Virus record (IMG/VR): IMGVR_UViG_3300022753_000059
DNA: 64,000 nucleotides
Strand: one strand, 5' to 3'
Origin: an uncultured virus (IMG/VR IMGVR_UViG_3300022753_000059)
Lineage: Duplodnaviria > Heunggongvirae > Uroviricota > Caudoviricetes
The notes under the pieces were generated by a model. That model was not told the origin of the DNA and did not search any database. It saw only the letters and a list, made by a program, of their open reading frames with translations. The position numbers and the translations under genes are program-made. This document shows, piece after piece, positions 1 to 9,600 of this stretch; the first letter of the stretch is position 1; each line of letters begins with the position of its first letter.

Positions 1-253
1 GCATGGTTCTGGGTGGTAGTTGTCAAACCAGAAATGGAATCGGCATGAGCGGATAAGCTGCTTTCCACGCTCTCGAAATGAGTAGTAAAGCCAGCAGCCG
101 ATACCTCTAAGGAACCTATCCTGGTAGCATGGTTCTGGGTGGTAGTTGTCAAACCAGAAATGGAATCGGCATGAGCGGATAAGCTGCTTTCCACGCTCTC
201 GAAATGAGTAGTAAAGCCAGCAGCCGATACCTCTAAGGAACCTATCCTGGTAG
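1..253. repeat. Exact 126-bp tandem repeat (at least 2 copies, cut by the window edge)
   Basis: 1-126 equals 127-252; encodes TRIGSLEVSAAGFTTHFESVESSLSAHADSISGLTTTTQNHA. Confidence 0.95.
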
Positions 254-1124
254 TGTGATTAGATATTGTGGTTCCATGAGTATTCAACGTAGTGGCCAAC
301 GACTCGTTATTAATCAGAATCGTCAGCTCACCAGCGTCAGTCCATGAAATATTGCCACCAGCCAACTTACCAGAGCCATCTGCCATCAAACGCCATTTAT
401 GGCCTATCAAACCAGACAGTCCAAGAGTCATGCTATCAGCGGCAGTAAATGTGTCCGTAAGATACCACTTGGTTCCTATATACAGCGAATCCGTATCAAA
501 GAACCAATGTGCTATCTGTGCCGTGTCCTTATTGATATGGAAAATGGTATCTCCAGCCTTATAACCATAGATACCAGGGCCACCATTGCCACCCATGATG
601 TCACTTGGGCCAATGTACACACCAGTCAAGTCACCAAGTGGGTCATTTTCAGTAGTATTCTCACGCTTACCCACAAAAATCTTTGGAGTAATCATGTAGG
701 TATTGCCGATGGTGGTCTTATTCGTTTCCCAGTCCTGGATCCAGTCAAGCATCGTGGCCTCCCTGATTACTGAATACTGGAATACTACTTGAGCAACAAA
801 TTCATCCTCCGTCTCAATGTTCATCGTCACGTTTCCAGACAACACATCACTGGGAATGGCTGTGAGTGCCATTCTCCTAACTGTTCCAGCTCCATTTGCG
901 CTTAGCTGGAAGGTGATGCCATTATTGCTCTTCTGAGTGGACGCAATCGTGAACGGAACTTTGACATCACCTCTGACAACAGATATGTCGCAATAGGCTT
1001 CATCCAATATAGGATTTGAACCATCAAAATCCGCTTTAATGGCACACGCACTGGGAGTTACCGTCACCGAATAAGCATCGTTGACGTTCACCAGTGTTAT
1101 CATACCTTTTGCTATTACTGCCAT
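1..1124 (-). CDS. Partial tail/tail-fibre-like protein (runs off the left edge) with 42-aa repeats
   Basis: ATG at 1124 (MAVIAKGMITLVNVND...), frame open to the window edge by manual translation; follows the tail module; not in the ORF track because it has no stop in the window. Confidence 0.7.
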   Translation of the reverse strand, partial: MAVIAKGMITLVNVNDAYSVTVTPSACAIKADFDGSNPILDEAYCDISVVRGDVKVPFTIASTQKSNNGITFQLSANGAGTVRRMALTAIPSDVLSGNVTMNIETEDEFVAQVVFQYSVIREATMLDWIQDWETNKTTIGNTYMITPKIFVGKRENTTENDPLGDLTGVYIGPSDIMGGNGGPGIYGYKAGDTIFHINKDTAQIAHWFFDTDSLYIGTKWYLTDTFTAADSMTLGLSGLIGHKWRLMADGSGKLAGGNISWTDAGELTILINNESLATTLNTHGTTISNHTTRIGSLEVSAAGFTTHFESVESSLSAHADSISGLTTTTQNHATRIGSLEVSAAGFTTHFESVESSLSAHADSISGLTTTTQNH

Positions 1125-1138
1125 ATATTCTTATTTTA

Positions 1139-1148
1139 CAAAGAATAG
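1139..1148 (-). promoter_or_regulatory. CTATTCTTTG motif, putative phage late promoter element
   Basis: Identical 10-mer lies 14-19 nt upstream of four structural-gene ATGs. Confidence 0.55.
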
Positions 1149-1180
1149 GAATACTGGCAGCGTCATGTTGTCAGTATTCC
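1148..1180 (-). terminator. Stem-loop, putative terminator after the DGR cassette
   Basis: GGAATACTGGCAGC...GTTGTCAGTATTCC inverted repeat. Confidence 0.45.
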
Positions 1181-1202
1181 ACGATTTCCAGTATTGCAGA
1201 GG

Positions 1203-1562
1203 CTAAGAAATGACTTCCAGGAACTCATCAGCTGTGCGTTTTGCGAACCTCCGATATTCCTGCATGGCATTAAATTCCTGGATGGCTTCCTCATCGGTAT
1301 TATCAAGCAGATAGTTGTTAATTATCGCTTGCATTTCATCATTCGTGTAACGCTGGCAGATGATGGCCGATATTACCGTACTGCGGTCGTATTGCCCAGC
1401 TGGAAGCGTAATGGAATGATACTTGTACTTCTGACCATCGGCTTGCTCCTTCTTGGTCAGCTTAACTACACCAAAATTGATGGTGTACACGTTGCGCCCC
1501 AGATTCCGCTCACATGTCACGAATTGAGGCTCGATGTCCGAATAGTTATACGTCAAATCCAT
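1203..1562 (-). CDS. Hypothetical phage protein (119 aa)
   Basis: ORF overlapping the RT stop, same strand as the operon. Confidence 0.75.
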   Translation of the reverse strand: MDLTYNYSDIEPQFVTCERNLGRNVYTINFGVVKLTKKEQADGQKYKYHSITLPAGQYDRSTVISAIICQRYTNDEMQAIINNYLLDNTDEEAIQEFNAMQEYRRFAKRTADEFLEVIS

Positions 1563-3036
1563 AATCTTCTACGAGTCTTGTTGATAGTTTATAATTATAT
1601 TTTATCTTCACTACATGGCAATGGCCCTCAAGATAGCATATCTTCCAGAAGAACTTGCTGTCCTTAAAGGCAGCGCGTCTTATCGCATAGCTGTTACAGT
1701 GAACCAAGAATCCAAAGTAACTGTTCATTCCGCTCACGGCACATTCAAGATCGCACAAGTCCAGGAGTGTCGGCTCATCTGCCTCATAGATGCGCTTGCA
1801 AATCTTGTCAAGCACGAAGATGGCATTGTACATGGAGCCTACTGTACGGTTGCTGAGATAGATGCGGTATTTCTTGATGACACTACCGACAAACTTCACA
1901 CCCTTGCGTACTTCCTGGAGATAGAACTTATCCTCATGCAGATGGAGGTGCAGCTTCTCTTTTAAGAATAGGGCAGCAAGATGGTACAAGTCGATAATGT
2001 CTTGCTTATTCGGGCCAGTAATTGCGAAATCGTCAACGAATCTGGTGTAGTAGCATCCACGTTTTGCGCATTCCTCATTCATGTATTCATCAAAGAATGA
2101 CATGTAGAAATTGGCGAACAGCTGACTGGTAAGATTACCTATAGGCATACCCACGAGTGGAGGCGCGTAAAAGAGACTCTTATGATGCTCCAGCTTATCC
2201 CATAAAGTCAAGTCACCCTTACGCTGGCAGTCATTCTGAGGTTCATGGCGTATTGTTTCCTGGGTAAGATAGATAAGCGTCTCGATGTCATTTTCGTGGT
2301 ATTTCTCACGGATGAACGGTATGAGCAAATCTTCCAGCGTCTGACAGTCAATGCTCATAAAGAACGAGCGAATGTCAAACTTACCAATCCACGATTCCTG
2401 GGTGTAATGCTTGCTCACGCGCTTCATGTCTGCTGCAAGCTTCTCAACGGCTTTCGTGGTTCCGTAGCCTTTCCTGCAATTGAACGACACATTGCCTTGC
2501 TCCTCGAACCTTTCCTCAAACAATGGCTCGATTCTCATACAAATCCAATGTTGTACGATACGGTCTCGGAAAGCAGCCGCGAAAACCTCACGGAGCTTTG
2601 GTCGGGTGACTACGAAACAAATGCTGGTGGTTGGCTTATAGACACGATATTCTGCCTCATAAGCTAATCTTGGAATGTCCTCTTCTGCAAATAATCTGTA
2701 AAGCGTACATTGATGGCTCGTCATCTTGTGCCTACAGCAATCGAAAAATGCGTCCACCCAGCCGACAAGGATCTCCTCATCAAGTTCGCACACCGCCCGA
2801 ACTACGTTACTGTTATACTTGTTGTTGTTGTTGAAGTTGCCATTGGAGAAGTTGATGTTCCATGCGTTAGTCTGGTTGTTCTCAGAACTACTCCAGCGGT
2901 TAGAGGACGATGCTGCGCGTACTAACTTATTCATAACTAAGTCTTTCGACCCAGTGACGCGCCCATTTAATTGTCGGAGTCCGTAAACTTGCATACGTAT
3001 ATGCTCAGTTGGATCGCTTGCGCTGTAAGGTTGCAT
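1546..3036 (-). CDS. DGR reverse transcriptase (start uncertain: 3036, 2994 or 2934)
   Basis: PKLREVFAAAFRDRIVQH, KFDIRSFFMSI, GMPIGNLTSQLFAN (DGR-type SQ motif), YTRFVDD catalytic motif. Confidence 0.95.
   Translation of the reverse strand: MQPYSASDPTEHIRMQVYGLRQLNGRVTGSKDLVMNKLVRAASSSNRWSSSENNQTNAWNINFSNGNFNNNNKYNSNVVRAVCELDEEILVGWVDAFFDCCRHKMTSHQCTLYRLFAEEDIPRLAYEAEYRVYKPTTSICFVVTRPKLREVFAAAFRDRIVQHWICMRIEPLFEERFEEQGNVSFNCRKGYGTTKAVEKLAADMKRVSKHYTQESWIGKFDIRSFFMSIDCQTLEDLLIPFIREKYHENDIETLIYLTQETIRHEPQNDCQRKGDLTLWDKLEHHKSLFYAPPLVGMPIGNLTSQLFANFYMSFFDEYMNEECAKRGCYYTRFVDDFAITGPNKQDIIDLYHLAALFLKEKLHLHLHEDKFYLQEVRKGVKFVGSVIKKYRIYLSNRTVGSMYNAIFVLDKICKRIYEADEPTLLDLCDLECAVSGMNSYFGFLVHCNSYAIRRAAFKDSKFFWKICYLEGHCHVVKIKYNYKLSTRLVEDYGFDV
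2787..2909 (-). repeat. DGR template repeat (TR), 123 bp
   Basis: 14 in-frame AAY codons; aligns to 3540-3662 and 55772-55894 with mismatches almost only at TR adenines. Confidence 0.97.
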
Positions 3037-3406
3037 TTCTCCACAATCCCATTTCAGTATAAATCTTGTTCATAGAGAGTGTGAATTGTGAGAACTGTTT
3101 GTTAGACAGTACGCGGACGTTTACACTTGTATCGGAATATTGTTTCAATATCCTTACGATTGTTTTCACTCTCGTTAAGTGGAAATGCGCCACGTGAATG
3201 CAGTCAAGACGCTCTTGCACAGCGTCATTGTCAGTTTCCAGCCCAATGTGAATTGACGTTAGAGCTTCATCAATCGCTTCCGAACACAAATTTACATAGT
3301 GTCGGAGGGCTGGTGTGTTAGGTGTCCGTCCTGCTACTGGAATCCACCACATAGCAAGAGTTTCGACCGCTCTGTAAAGCGAAGATTGAAAGACTGTTCG
3401 AGCCAT
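3005..3406 (-). CDS. avd: DGR accessory variability determinant (Avd-like four-helix bundle)
   Basis: 133-aa helical ORF between VR and TR; C-terminal GLW resembles the Avd GxW motif. Confidence 0.75.
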   Translation of the reverse strand: MARTVFQSSLYRAVETLAMWWIPVAGRTPNTPALRHYVNLCSEAIDEALTSIHIGLETDNDAVQERLDCIHVAHFHLTRVKTIVRILKQYSDTSVNVRVLSNKQFSQFTLSMNKIYTEMGLWRNATLQRKRSN

Positions 3407-3503
3407 CTTGTACGCTTTTATTTGTTACAGATTATTGTATTTATAAAACATATATGACCACACCGTTTTTGGCGAGGTCATATATGAATAGAGAAAAGGA
3501 TTA

Positions 3504-3526
3504 AGCGCGGTTGAAAGAACCGCGCT
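3504..3526 (-). promoter_or_regulatory. DGR target-recognition hairpin downstream of VR1
   Basis: Sense strand AGCGCGGTT-CTTTC-AACCGCGCT, perfect 9-bp stem just after the target stop codon. Confidence 0.85.
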
Positions 3527-3531
3527 GTTTC

Positions 3532-6500
3532 CTAAAATGCGCACACCGCCCGACCCACGCCACTGTAAAACTTGTTGCTGTTGCCGAAGTAGCCATTGGA
3601 GAAGTAGATGAGCCATGCGTAAGTCTGGCCGTACTCAGAACTACTCCAGCGGTGAGAGGACGTGAAATTGGTCATTACTCCATTGTTTATGGCCGTTGCG
3701 AAGATGTTAAGATTCGATGCAAGACCTTGGCGATAATACCAATATTGACGTGCCAATTCACCAGAAGCAGGGAGATACCAGTTATGGGCTTTGAACTGGG
3801 GTGCCAATTCTTCACCGTCCATAACCTTTGGCTCGTATGCGTAACAGTACGAAGCTGCTGGCCAGTAATACTGCTGATACTTCGATGCGTTACCGTTGGT
3901 GGCGATAATCTCATTGATGAGTTGACGCAAATTAGCAATCTCAGTCTGAACCATTCGCCCACTGGAGTATTGCGCACTTGGGATTGATAACCCTGCTGCA
4001 TCCAGTACGTTGTTGCGATGAGCTATGATAGCGAGAGTATGATGCAGACCAGTAGGAACTGATTCGCCCTCGTTTACTCCAGCTCCAGCCAAATCGTACA
4101 TAGCCGAAGTCAGCGTTCTCAATCCAATATCACCAGCACCAGTGTTAGCGGCAAATCCAGTCTTGAATCCGTATCTGTCACCATTGTCGGGGTCACGGTA
4201 GTTACTGTCCTCAATATACCACGTGGAGTTGTTAATCGTTCCAGCCTCCAAACCAGAAGAAGAAAACTCAGTAAGCGATGGAATATTATAGACATTGCTG
4301 ATACCATCGAAAGTGATGCCAGTAATACCATTCGTATTATCACCACTGTACAAGCCCCACGGTGCCGATGTAGATGTTCCAAGAGTCGTAATATCCTCCA
4401 GGGCCACCATACGTCTGTCTGGTATGCCTTCTGCCTTGTCAATCTCACCGATATAGAAGCAGATGCCGATTACAGACTTCAATGGGTTGAGCATATCACT
4501 ATACGAACCGTCTGAAAACACGTAGTCACCAAGCTGAGCTGGACGGAGATAGAGATAAAGGTTCTTTGATACCGTTATCGTTCTGTCTGTAGTCACAATG
4601 GTACATGTCAGAGGAATCGTCAACGCTGTCTCACTGATTCGATGAACGGTGACGACTCCAGTATTGGCATCCACCGTAGCATAAGTAGAAGTCGGTAATG
4701 ACCATGTGATAGACGTGAAGTTGTTGGCATTCGGAGAGTTTGGAATGATGGTAAACTTTCTTGTTCCAGCCTCACGGAATGTATTGTCACCACCAATCTG
4801 CGCACTGCTGATAGAACGCTGAATGTATGAGATATACAAGTCGTTGTTCTCATCATCAATGTCGCCAAACTTCTCAAACAGTGCCTTCTTCAAATCAAAG
4901 GTCATGTATTCAGTTGACTGCAAGGTGATACTTCCAGTGATTCTGACATTCTCGATACCGACAAGCCACCACAAGAAATCAGCAGTTACATCCGTCCATG
5001 CCACATCGTTCACTCGCAAGTTGCTGATTTGTCTTGTAGGATCAGTCTCATTGAACTTAGCATCATACAGCTCTGCGATGGTCTGGTACAAGTCAAGTGA
5101 ACCAACATTGTCACCAATAACGAATGACGTTAGGTATGTATAGGCATCCAGCGACAGAATCGAAAGATTAGGTAAGTCGCTGATTTCCAACGATGTAAGA
5201 TAACCACCTAACTTAATGGTTGAGAGTAACTTAGCGGTCGGGAACAACACAGAAGTAATCTGAGTGCCACGAAGATCAATGGAAGTCAAACGAATACAGT
5301 TCGATAAATTCAGCTGGCCACCCAATCCACTTTCTCCATGAAGGTCGATGGATGTAATGAGCGGAGTGCCTACTATCAATCGGCTTGGACGAAACTCTGG
5401 AGCATTTGTTGGCGTGGCGATAATGTTCACAAGACGCTCACCATTGATGGTAAAGTCGAGGTCTGGCTTTACTGAAAGGTCGCCCAAGTTACCGAATGAA
5501 CGGTAATAGTTACCACCCTTCAAACCGCACACTGTATCACCCAGGTTGCCGCTCTCATCAATCACAAAGTGATAAGTCTGGTTCGGTGCAACCCTAACAT
5601 GCGGATTACGCAATGTCTGGCCAACACGAGCGGTCGGATAGAGATACTGGTGCGGCACTACATCCAGGACTACGGTAGGACTGCTACCGTTGATACGAGG
5701 ATAGGTATTAAAACCAAAACCGTTGTCGCCATTCAACGCAAACTCACCGTATGCAGCGTATGAAGAAGCATAGATAAGCCTACGCTTGATGTATTGACGC
5801 TCCGATGCCAGCTGATCACCAAGAGACTGAGTAATCGGCTTAACAGAACGGTCACTTACGAATCCAAGCGATGTCGGGTATTCATAACGAATACGAGCTG
5901 TCTCATTATAAGCAACGGCTGGGAAATATTCCTGAATAGAGAAGAAATACTTCTGGAATGCTCCCCAAGCGGACTTCTCAATGCCATTGCTCTGGTCATT
6001 GGCCGTAATCAAATTGGTCATTCCAGTAAGAATCTCATTCATCATGGATGCCAGTTCATTATTGCCACCTTCCCACATCAGCTCAATAAGATTAAAGAGC
6101 ACATTGTTATTGCCCTCAGTGTACAGCAGCTCATTGGACTCAGAATATGGGTGCATACGATCAATATAGTATGGTTTAATCTGATAGCCAGAGTTATCCG
6201 TCTTGAATATCGTGTCAAGGTCATCACCGTGCATTTCAATGAGGTGCGTTGCAGGGTCAAGAACGTAGTACGTATTCTTTGAACAGTTGTCGGTTCCTGC
6301 AAGAAGGAAATTTACGAATGCGTAGTGGAACATCAACGAGCGTGTTCTGAAATAGTTGCCAATATTTGCCTTTGCATCAGCTACAATAGCGGCAATAAAG
6401 GCTGCGTTCAAATCATCCCAGGCACCAACTGATATACCACTGATTGCAGATGGATAAAGGGAATTAAGATTCTTTTGCTGATAGGCGTTATTAACCTTCA

Positions 6501-9500
6501 AACCAGCAGGAACCCAGCTGCCATCAACAAAATCATAACGATAAAGGTCATACATAGAAGCACCACCGCCACTCTGAGTCATCCAGTATTGCTTTGTCGT
6601 ATCAAGCCCTGGGTCATCAACAAATGCCGAATAATTGCCATCAACGTATGGAGTGATCATCGGATTGTGCATGAACAACCAATTCCAAGCATCCTTGTAA
6701 TATTCGATTGTCTCATCTAACGGCTGATCTTCTACGTGTCCGTTTTCGTCATCGGAATCGTATGTCGCACCAGCATCGAAATCAAGGTTGCCATCACCGT
6801 TGTATTCAAAATATTCTTCCCCGACATTGTATGTTACCTTTTCATCCCAAGGCACACGCATATCTGTCAATGGCTTATTATTATCAGAACCTTCAAGCAT
6901 GGCAAAGTCCTGGTGTACACTACTGTCATAACCCCAAGTCGGCTTATCCATCTTACCAGGGCCAAATGTTCCAAGGCCGTGGAATACTGGCTCAGAATCT
7001 CCAGGTCTCTGGATAAAATAAAGGAATGGACGCTCGATAACAGCTACACGAGCCTTTGAGTTCGCTTGCTGCATCGTATTCTTACCAACAATGGAAGTGT
7101 GAAGAAGATTATAAAGTTCGGTTGCTCCTTGTTTATGACTTTGCATAGAAGAAGCATAATTAATTTTCAACACAATCTTCTTTGCAGCTGGAGAGTCATC
7201 TGTCAGTTGGTATTTCATGCCATGATCAACGCCATTACCGTCAACCCAACCATCATTGGTAATTTTGTTACCATTAGAGTCTTTTGACTTATCAATGTTC
7301 CATTGCTGATTCCAATAGTAATACGTCTTAGCAGTAGAACCCTGGCCCTTACATGGAAGCATACCATTAATACGCCCAATCGTACCACTATGAGCATTAT
7401 CTGGAGTACCGTCTGCATTCAACATCGAAATCTCAAGCCATCCAGTCTGATCATCCTGCGATGTGTGGTTCGGTTCATAACCATGCCATACAAGAACATT
7501 ATACTTCTCTTTGGCCTTTGTGTAACTAATAACACCATCCTCCAAGATGTCATTCGCTATACGGAAAGCAATCTTCTCAGAAGATGTAGGAAGCGTACTG
7601 CGATAGTCGTTCATACACTCTTCTGCGGAAAGAACTTTCTTGTAACAACGTATAGAATAAATGTCGATGTCTGCATCAACCTGGCCGATGCGGATTCCAC
7701 CATGCCCAGCATTGGAAATAAACTCATTGGCATTGGAGATCTCAAATGGGAACTCACGATTGATGACACCGTTGACGAAGATTCGTACAAGAGCCACCGT
7801 TACATTGCTGGTGGTCGATGAACGTAAAGCATGAACAACATTGATAGCAATGTGTGTACGCTTTCCTTCCTCCCAGCCAAAGTTCTGGTCAACTTCTGTA
7901 GATGCGCTTCGAGTAAACAAGAAGCCATCGAGAGGTCGCATGAACAGACCAAGCGGTTTACCAGTTGCAGCAACTGTAGAGCAAATCTGGAGAATCGGAT
8001 CAATCTCGTTAGTGATATTGCGAACCTTGAAGTCTAACTCAAGTGTCATACTGGAAGCCGTATTGCTCTTGAATGCCTCCCACGGCTCGTATGGAATCGT
8101 CAAATACTGGCCAGCAAGAATACGGAGTATGCGCTGTCCGCTCTCATCAGATACCCAGCCATCGTTCACAAAGCCAAAATTCTGGAATACGGCACTATTA
8201 CCATTTCCGTCAACGACTTCAACATTGTCTTGGGCCGCATTAAGAATACGAGCTGGATTAGCCTCACTATTGTTACGCACCTTCGGATTCAAGAAGAAAT
8301 CGGCACCAGTAGTAGGGCTAAACTTTTCGGTATTGTCAACCGTAATGATTTCCACATCGCTGCCAGTGCTTTCCTCCAGGAAGTTGACCTCTGTATTACC
8401 AGATTTGCGGAACACCTTTAAGTAGCCGTACACAGTATCATCAACGCCATTTTCAATTTCAATTGTGGTAATGACATGCTGCTGCGTCTGAGGTGCCACG
8501 TTCTGTTCCAATCGAAGATACTCAGTATCGCCATCAAAGTTACCAATGACAACTGCAATCTCCATATTGTCACCAGAAGGATTAAACACAGCATAGTCAA
8601 AGAGGGTAGTCTGCTCATAGTTGACCACGTTCTTTTTCAGATTCTGGATGAGTAAATATGGCGTATTGTCCTCAGAATCCACTACTACCATGAATGAGTT
8701 AAAGATATGCTCAGATTCCAATGAATTACCGTCACCATCCACACAAGTCAACCATGACTCAATGGTATGTACTCCATGAGTAATTACCTTACACAACTGA
8801 GAAGCTGTATCGGTAATGGCAGAAGGTGTAAATGTTGATGTGGTATAGGTAGTCGTACCCACCGCAACCTCAATCTCACGATAGCCATCGCCTCCAGTTC
8901 CGCTAATCTTCATGTGAAGCGTCTTAGCAACGCCAGCACCATAGATATAATATGAAGGCTGGAGGTAGTTGGTGGTCACTGGAATATGGTAGTCAGAAGC
9001 CATTTCCAGTCTCAACGATGTCAGCACAACTGAATCGAAGATGATGTAGTTCGAGTTAGAGCCAAAGGACTCATCCGTTACATACACACGGACACGGTTG
9101 CTGCCAGTTGCTAAGAATGCCGTAATGTCAATCTCGTCATAGGTTGCAGACGCGGCCTTTGATGCCAGAGCCATAGAACCTTGGGTAGTCCATTGGCCGT
9201 TAGCGTATGTCTGGATGTAGAGCGTACCACTGTTACCAGTGTCATAACCTCCAGTCGTACTGGTGAACAAAAGATGCAGCTTAACGATTCCAGTGATGCT
9301 TACCAGACTGGTGGTACTGTCTGTAGTGCGTAGAAGCACCTCAGTACCTTCCGCTGTATAAGGAAGCGTCACCTCACCATCGCCATCTGGAGTGTAAGTC
9401 TGGGAACCCATCTTAACACTCCTCACACTCTGTTGGTTCTCCTGCACAGCTCTAACCAGCGTCTTAAATTCTTCCGCTGTAAGCTTCTCAGAAGAAGGAA

Positions 9501-9570
9501 TACTCTCTGTAGCCGCTTGCTGACTGGCATTGTTGGCTTTTTCGAGCAAACCAGAAATGTCTATTGCCAT
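3532..9570 (-). CDS. DGR target 1: 2012-aa putative receptor-binding/tail protein (LamG-like, CotH-like, LRR, Ig-like, C-terminal C-type-lectin-like fold)
   Basis: C-terminus WYLPASGEL...WSSSEY...RAVCAF holds VR1; LRR-like LNLSNCIRLTSIDLRGTQIT; Ig-like ITWSLPTSTYATVDANTGVVTV; lies in the tail module. Confidence 0.85.
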   Translation of the reverse strand: MAIDISGLLEKANNASQQAATESIPSSEKLTAEEFKTLVRAVQENQQSVRSVKMGSQTYTPDGDGEVTLPYTAEGTEVLLRTTDSTTSLVSITGIVKLHLLFTSTTGGYDTGNSGTLYIQTYANGQWTTQGSMALASKAASATYDEIDITAFLATGSNRVRVYVTDESFGSNSNYIIFDSVVLTSLRLEMASDYHIPVTTNYLQPSYYIYGAGVAKTLHMKISGTGGDGYREIEVAVGTTTYTTSTFTPSAITDTASQLCKVITHGVHTIESWLTCVDGDGNSLESEHIFNSFMVVVDSEDNTPYLLIQNLKKNVVNYEQTTLFDYAVFNPSGDNMEIAVVIGNFDGDTEYLRLEQNVAPQTQQHVITTIEIENGVDDTVYGYLKVFRKSGNTEVNFLEESTGSDVEIITVDNTEKFSPTTGADFFLNPKVRNNSEANPARILNAAQDNVEVVDGNGNSAVFQNFGFVNDGWVSDESGQRILRILAGQYLTIPYEPWEAFKSNTASSMTLELDFKVRNITNEIDPILQICSTVAATGKPLGLFMRPLDGFLFTRSASTEVDQNFGWEEGKRTHIAINVVHALRSSTTSNVTVALVRIFVNGVINREFPFEISNANEFISNAGHGGIRIGQVDADIDIYSIRCYKKVLSAEECMNDYRSTLPTSSEKIAFRIANDILEDGVISYTKAKEKYNVLVWHGYEPNHTSQDDQTGWLEISMLNADGTPDNAHSGTIGRINGMLPCKGQGSTAKTYYYWNQQWNIDKSKDSNGNKITNDGWVDGNGVDHGMKYQLTDDSPAAKKIVLKINYASSMQSHKQGATELYNLLHTSIVGKNTMQQANSKARVAVIERPFLYFIQRPGDSEPVFHGLGTFGPGKMDKPTWGYDSSVHQDFAMLEGSDNNKPLTDMRVPWDEKVTYNVGEEYFEYNGDGNLDFDAGATYDSDDENGHVEDQPLDETIEYYKDAWNWLFMHNPMITPYVDGNYSAFVDDPGLDTTKQYWMTQSGGGASMYDLYRYDFVDGSWVPAGLKVNNAYQQKNLNSLYPSAISGISVGAWDDLNAAFIAAIVADAKANIGNYFRTRSLMFHYAFVNFLLAGTDNCSKNTYYVLDPATHLIEMHGDDLDTIFKTDNSGYQIKPYYIDRMHPYSESNELLYTEGNNNVLFNLIELMWEGGNNELASMMNEILTGMTNLITANDQSNGIEKSAWGAFQKYFFSIQEYFPAVAYNETARIRYEYPTSLGFVSDRSVKPITQSLGDQLASERQYIKRRLIYASSYAAYGEFALNGDNGFGFNTYPRINGSSPTVVLDVVPHQYLYPTARVGQTLRNPHVRVAPNQTYHFVIDESGNLGDTVCGLKGGNYYRSFGNLGDLSVKPDLDFTINGERLVNIIATPTNAPEFRPSRLIVGTPLITSIDLHGESGLGGQLNLSNCIRLTSIDLRGTQITSVLFPTAKLLSTIKLGGYLTSLEISDLPNLSILSLDAYTYLTSFVIGDNVGSLDLYQTIAELYDAKFNETDPTRQISNLRVNDVAWTDVTADFLWWLVGIENVRITGSITLQSTEYMTFDLKKALFEKFGDIDDENNDLYISYIQRSISSAQIGGDNTFREAGTRKFTIIPNSPNANNFTSITWSLPTSTYATVDANTGVVTVHRISETALTIPLTCTIVTTDRTITVSKNLYLYLRPAQLGDYVFSDGSYSDMLNPLKSVIGICFYIGEIDKAEGIPDRRMVALEDITTLGTSTSAPWGLYSGDNTNGITGITFDGISNVYNIPSLTEFSSSGLEAGTINNSTWYIEDSNYRDPDNGDRYGFKTGFAANTGAGDIGLRTLTSAMYDLAGAGVNEGESVPTGLHHTLAIIAHRNNVLDAAGLSIPSAQYSSGRMVQTEIANLRQLINEIIATNGNASKYQQYYWPAASYCYAYEPKVMDGEELAPQFKAHNWYLPASGELARQYWYYRQGLASNLNIFATAINNGVMTNFTSSHRWSSSEYGQTYAWLIYFSNGYFGNSNKFYSGVGRAVCAF
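3540..3662 (-). repeat. DGR variable repeat 1 (VR1)
   Basis: Ungapped 123-bp match to TR; 18 mismatches, 17 at TR adenines. Confidence 0.97.
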
Positions 9571-9600
9571 AGTTTTGTTATTTTAATGAAGTTATAAAAA

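Larger units (their letters stand above)
1546..3662 (-). mobile_element. Diversity-generating retroelement core cassette (VR1 - hairpin - avd - TR - RT)
   Basis: DGR-class RT, a TR/VR pair with adenine-specific mismatches, an Avd-like ORF and a post-VR hairpin. Confidence 0.97.

Noticed and set aside
1..253. CRISPR array or terminal repeat
   Set aside because: The 126-bp units are contiguous, have no spacers and lie in frame inside a CDS.
1546..3036. RT as a group II intron, retron or Abi RT
   Set aside because: The SQ motif, adjacent avd-like gene and adenine-specific TR/VR pairs identify a DGR; no maturase or intron features were seen.
3449..3486. 11-bp inverted repeat CATATATGACC/GGTCATATATG as the DGR recognition hairpin
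   Set aside because: It is not shared with VR2, whereas the 3504-3526 hairpin is; it may be a terminator or operator, but its role is unsupported.
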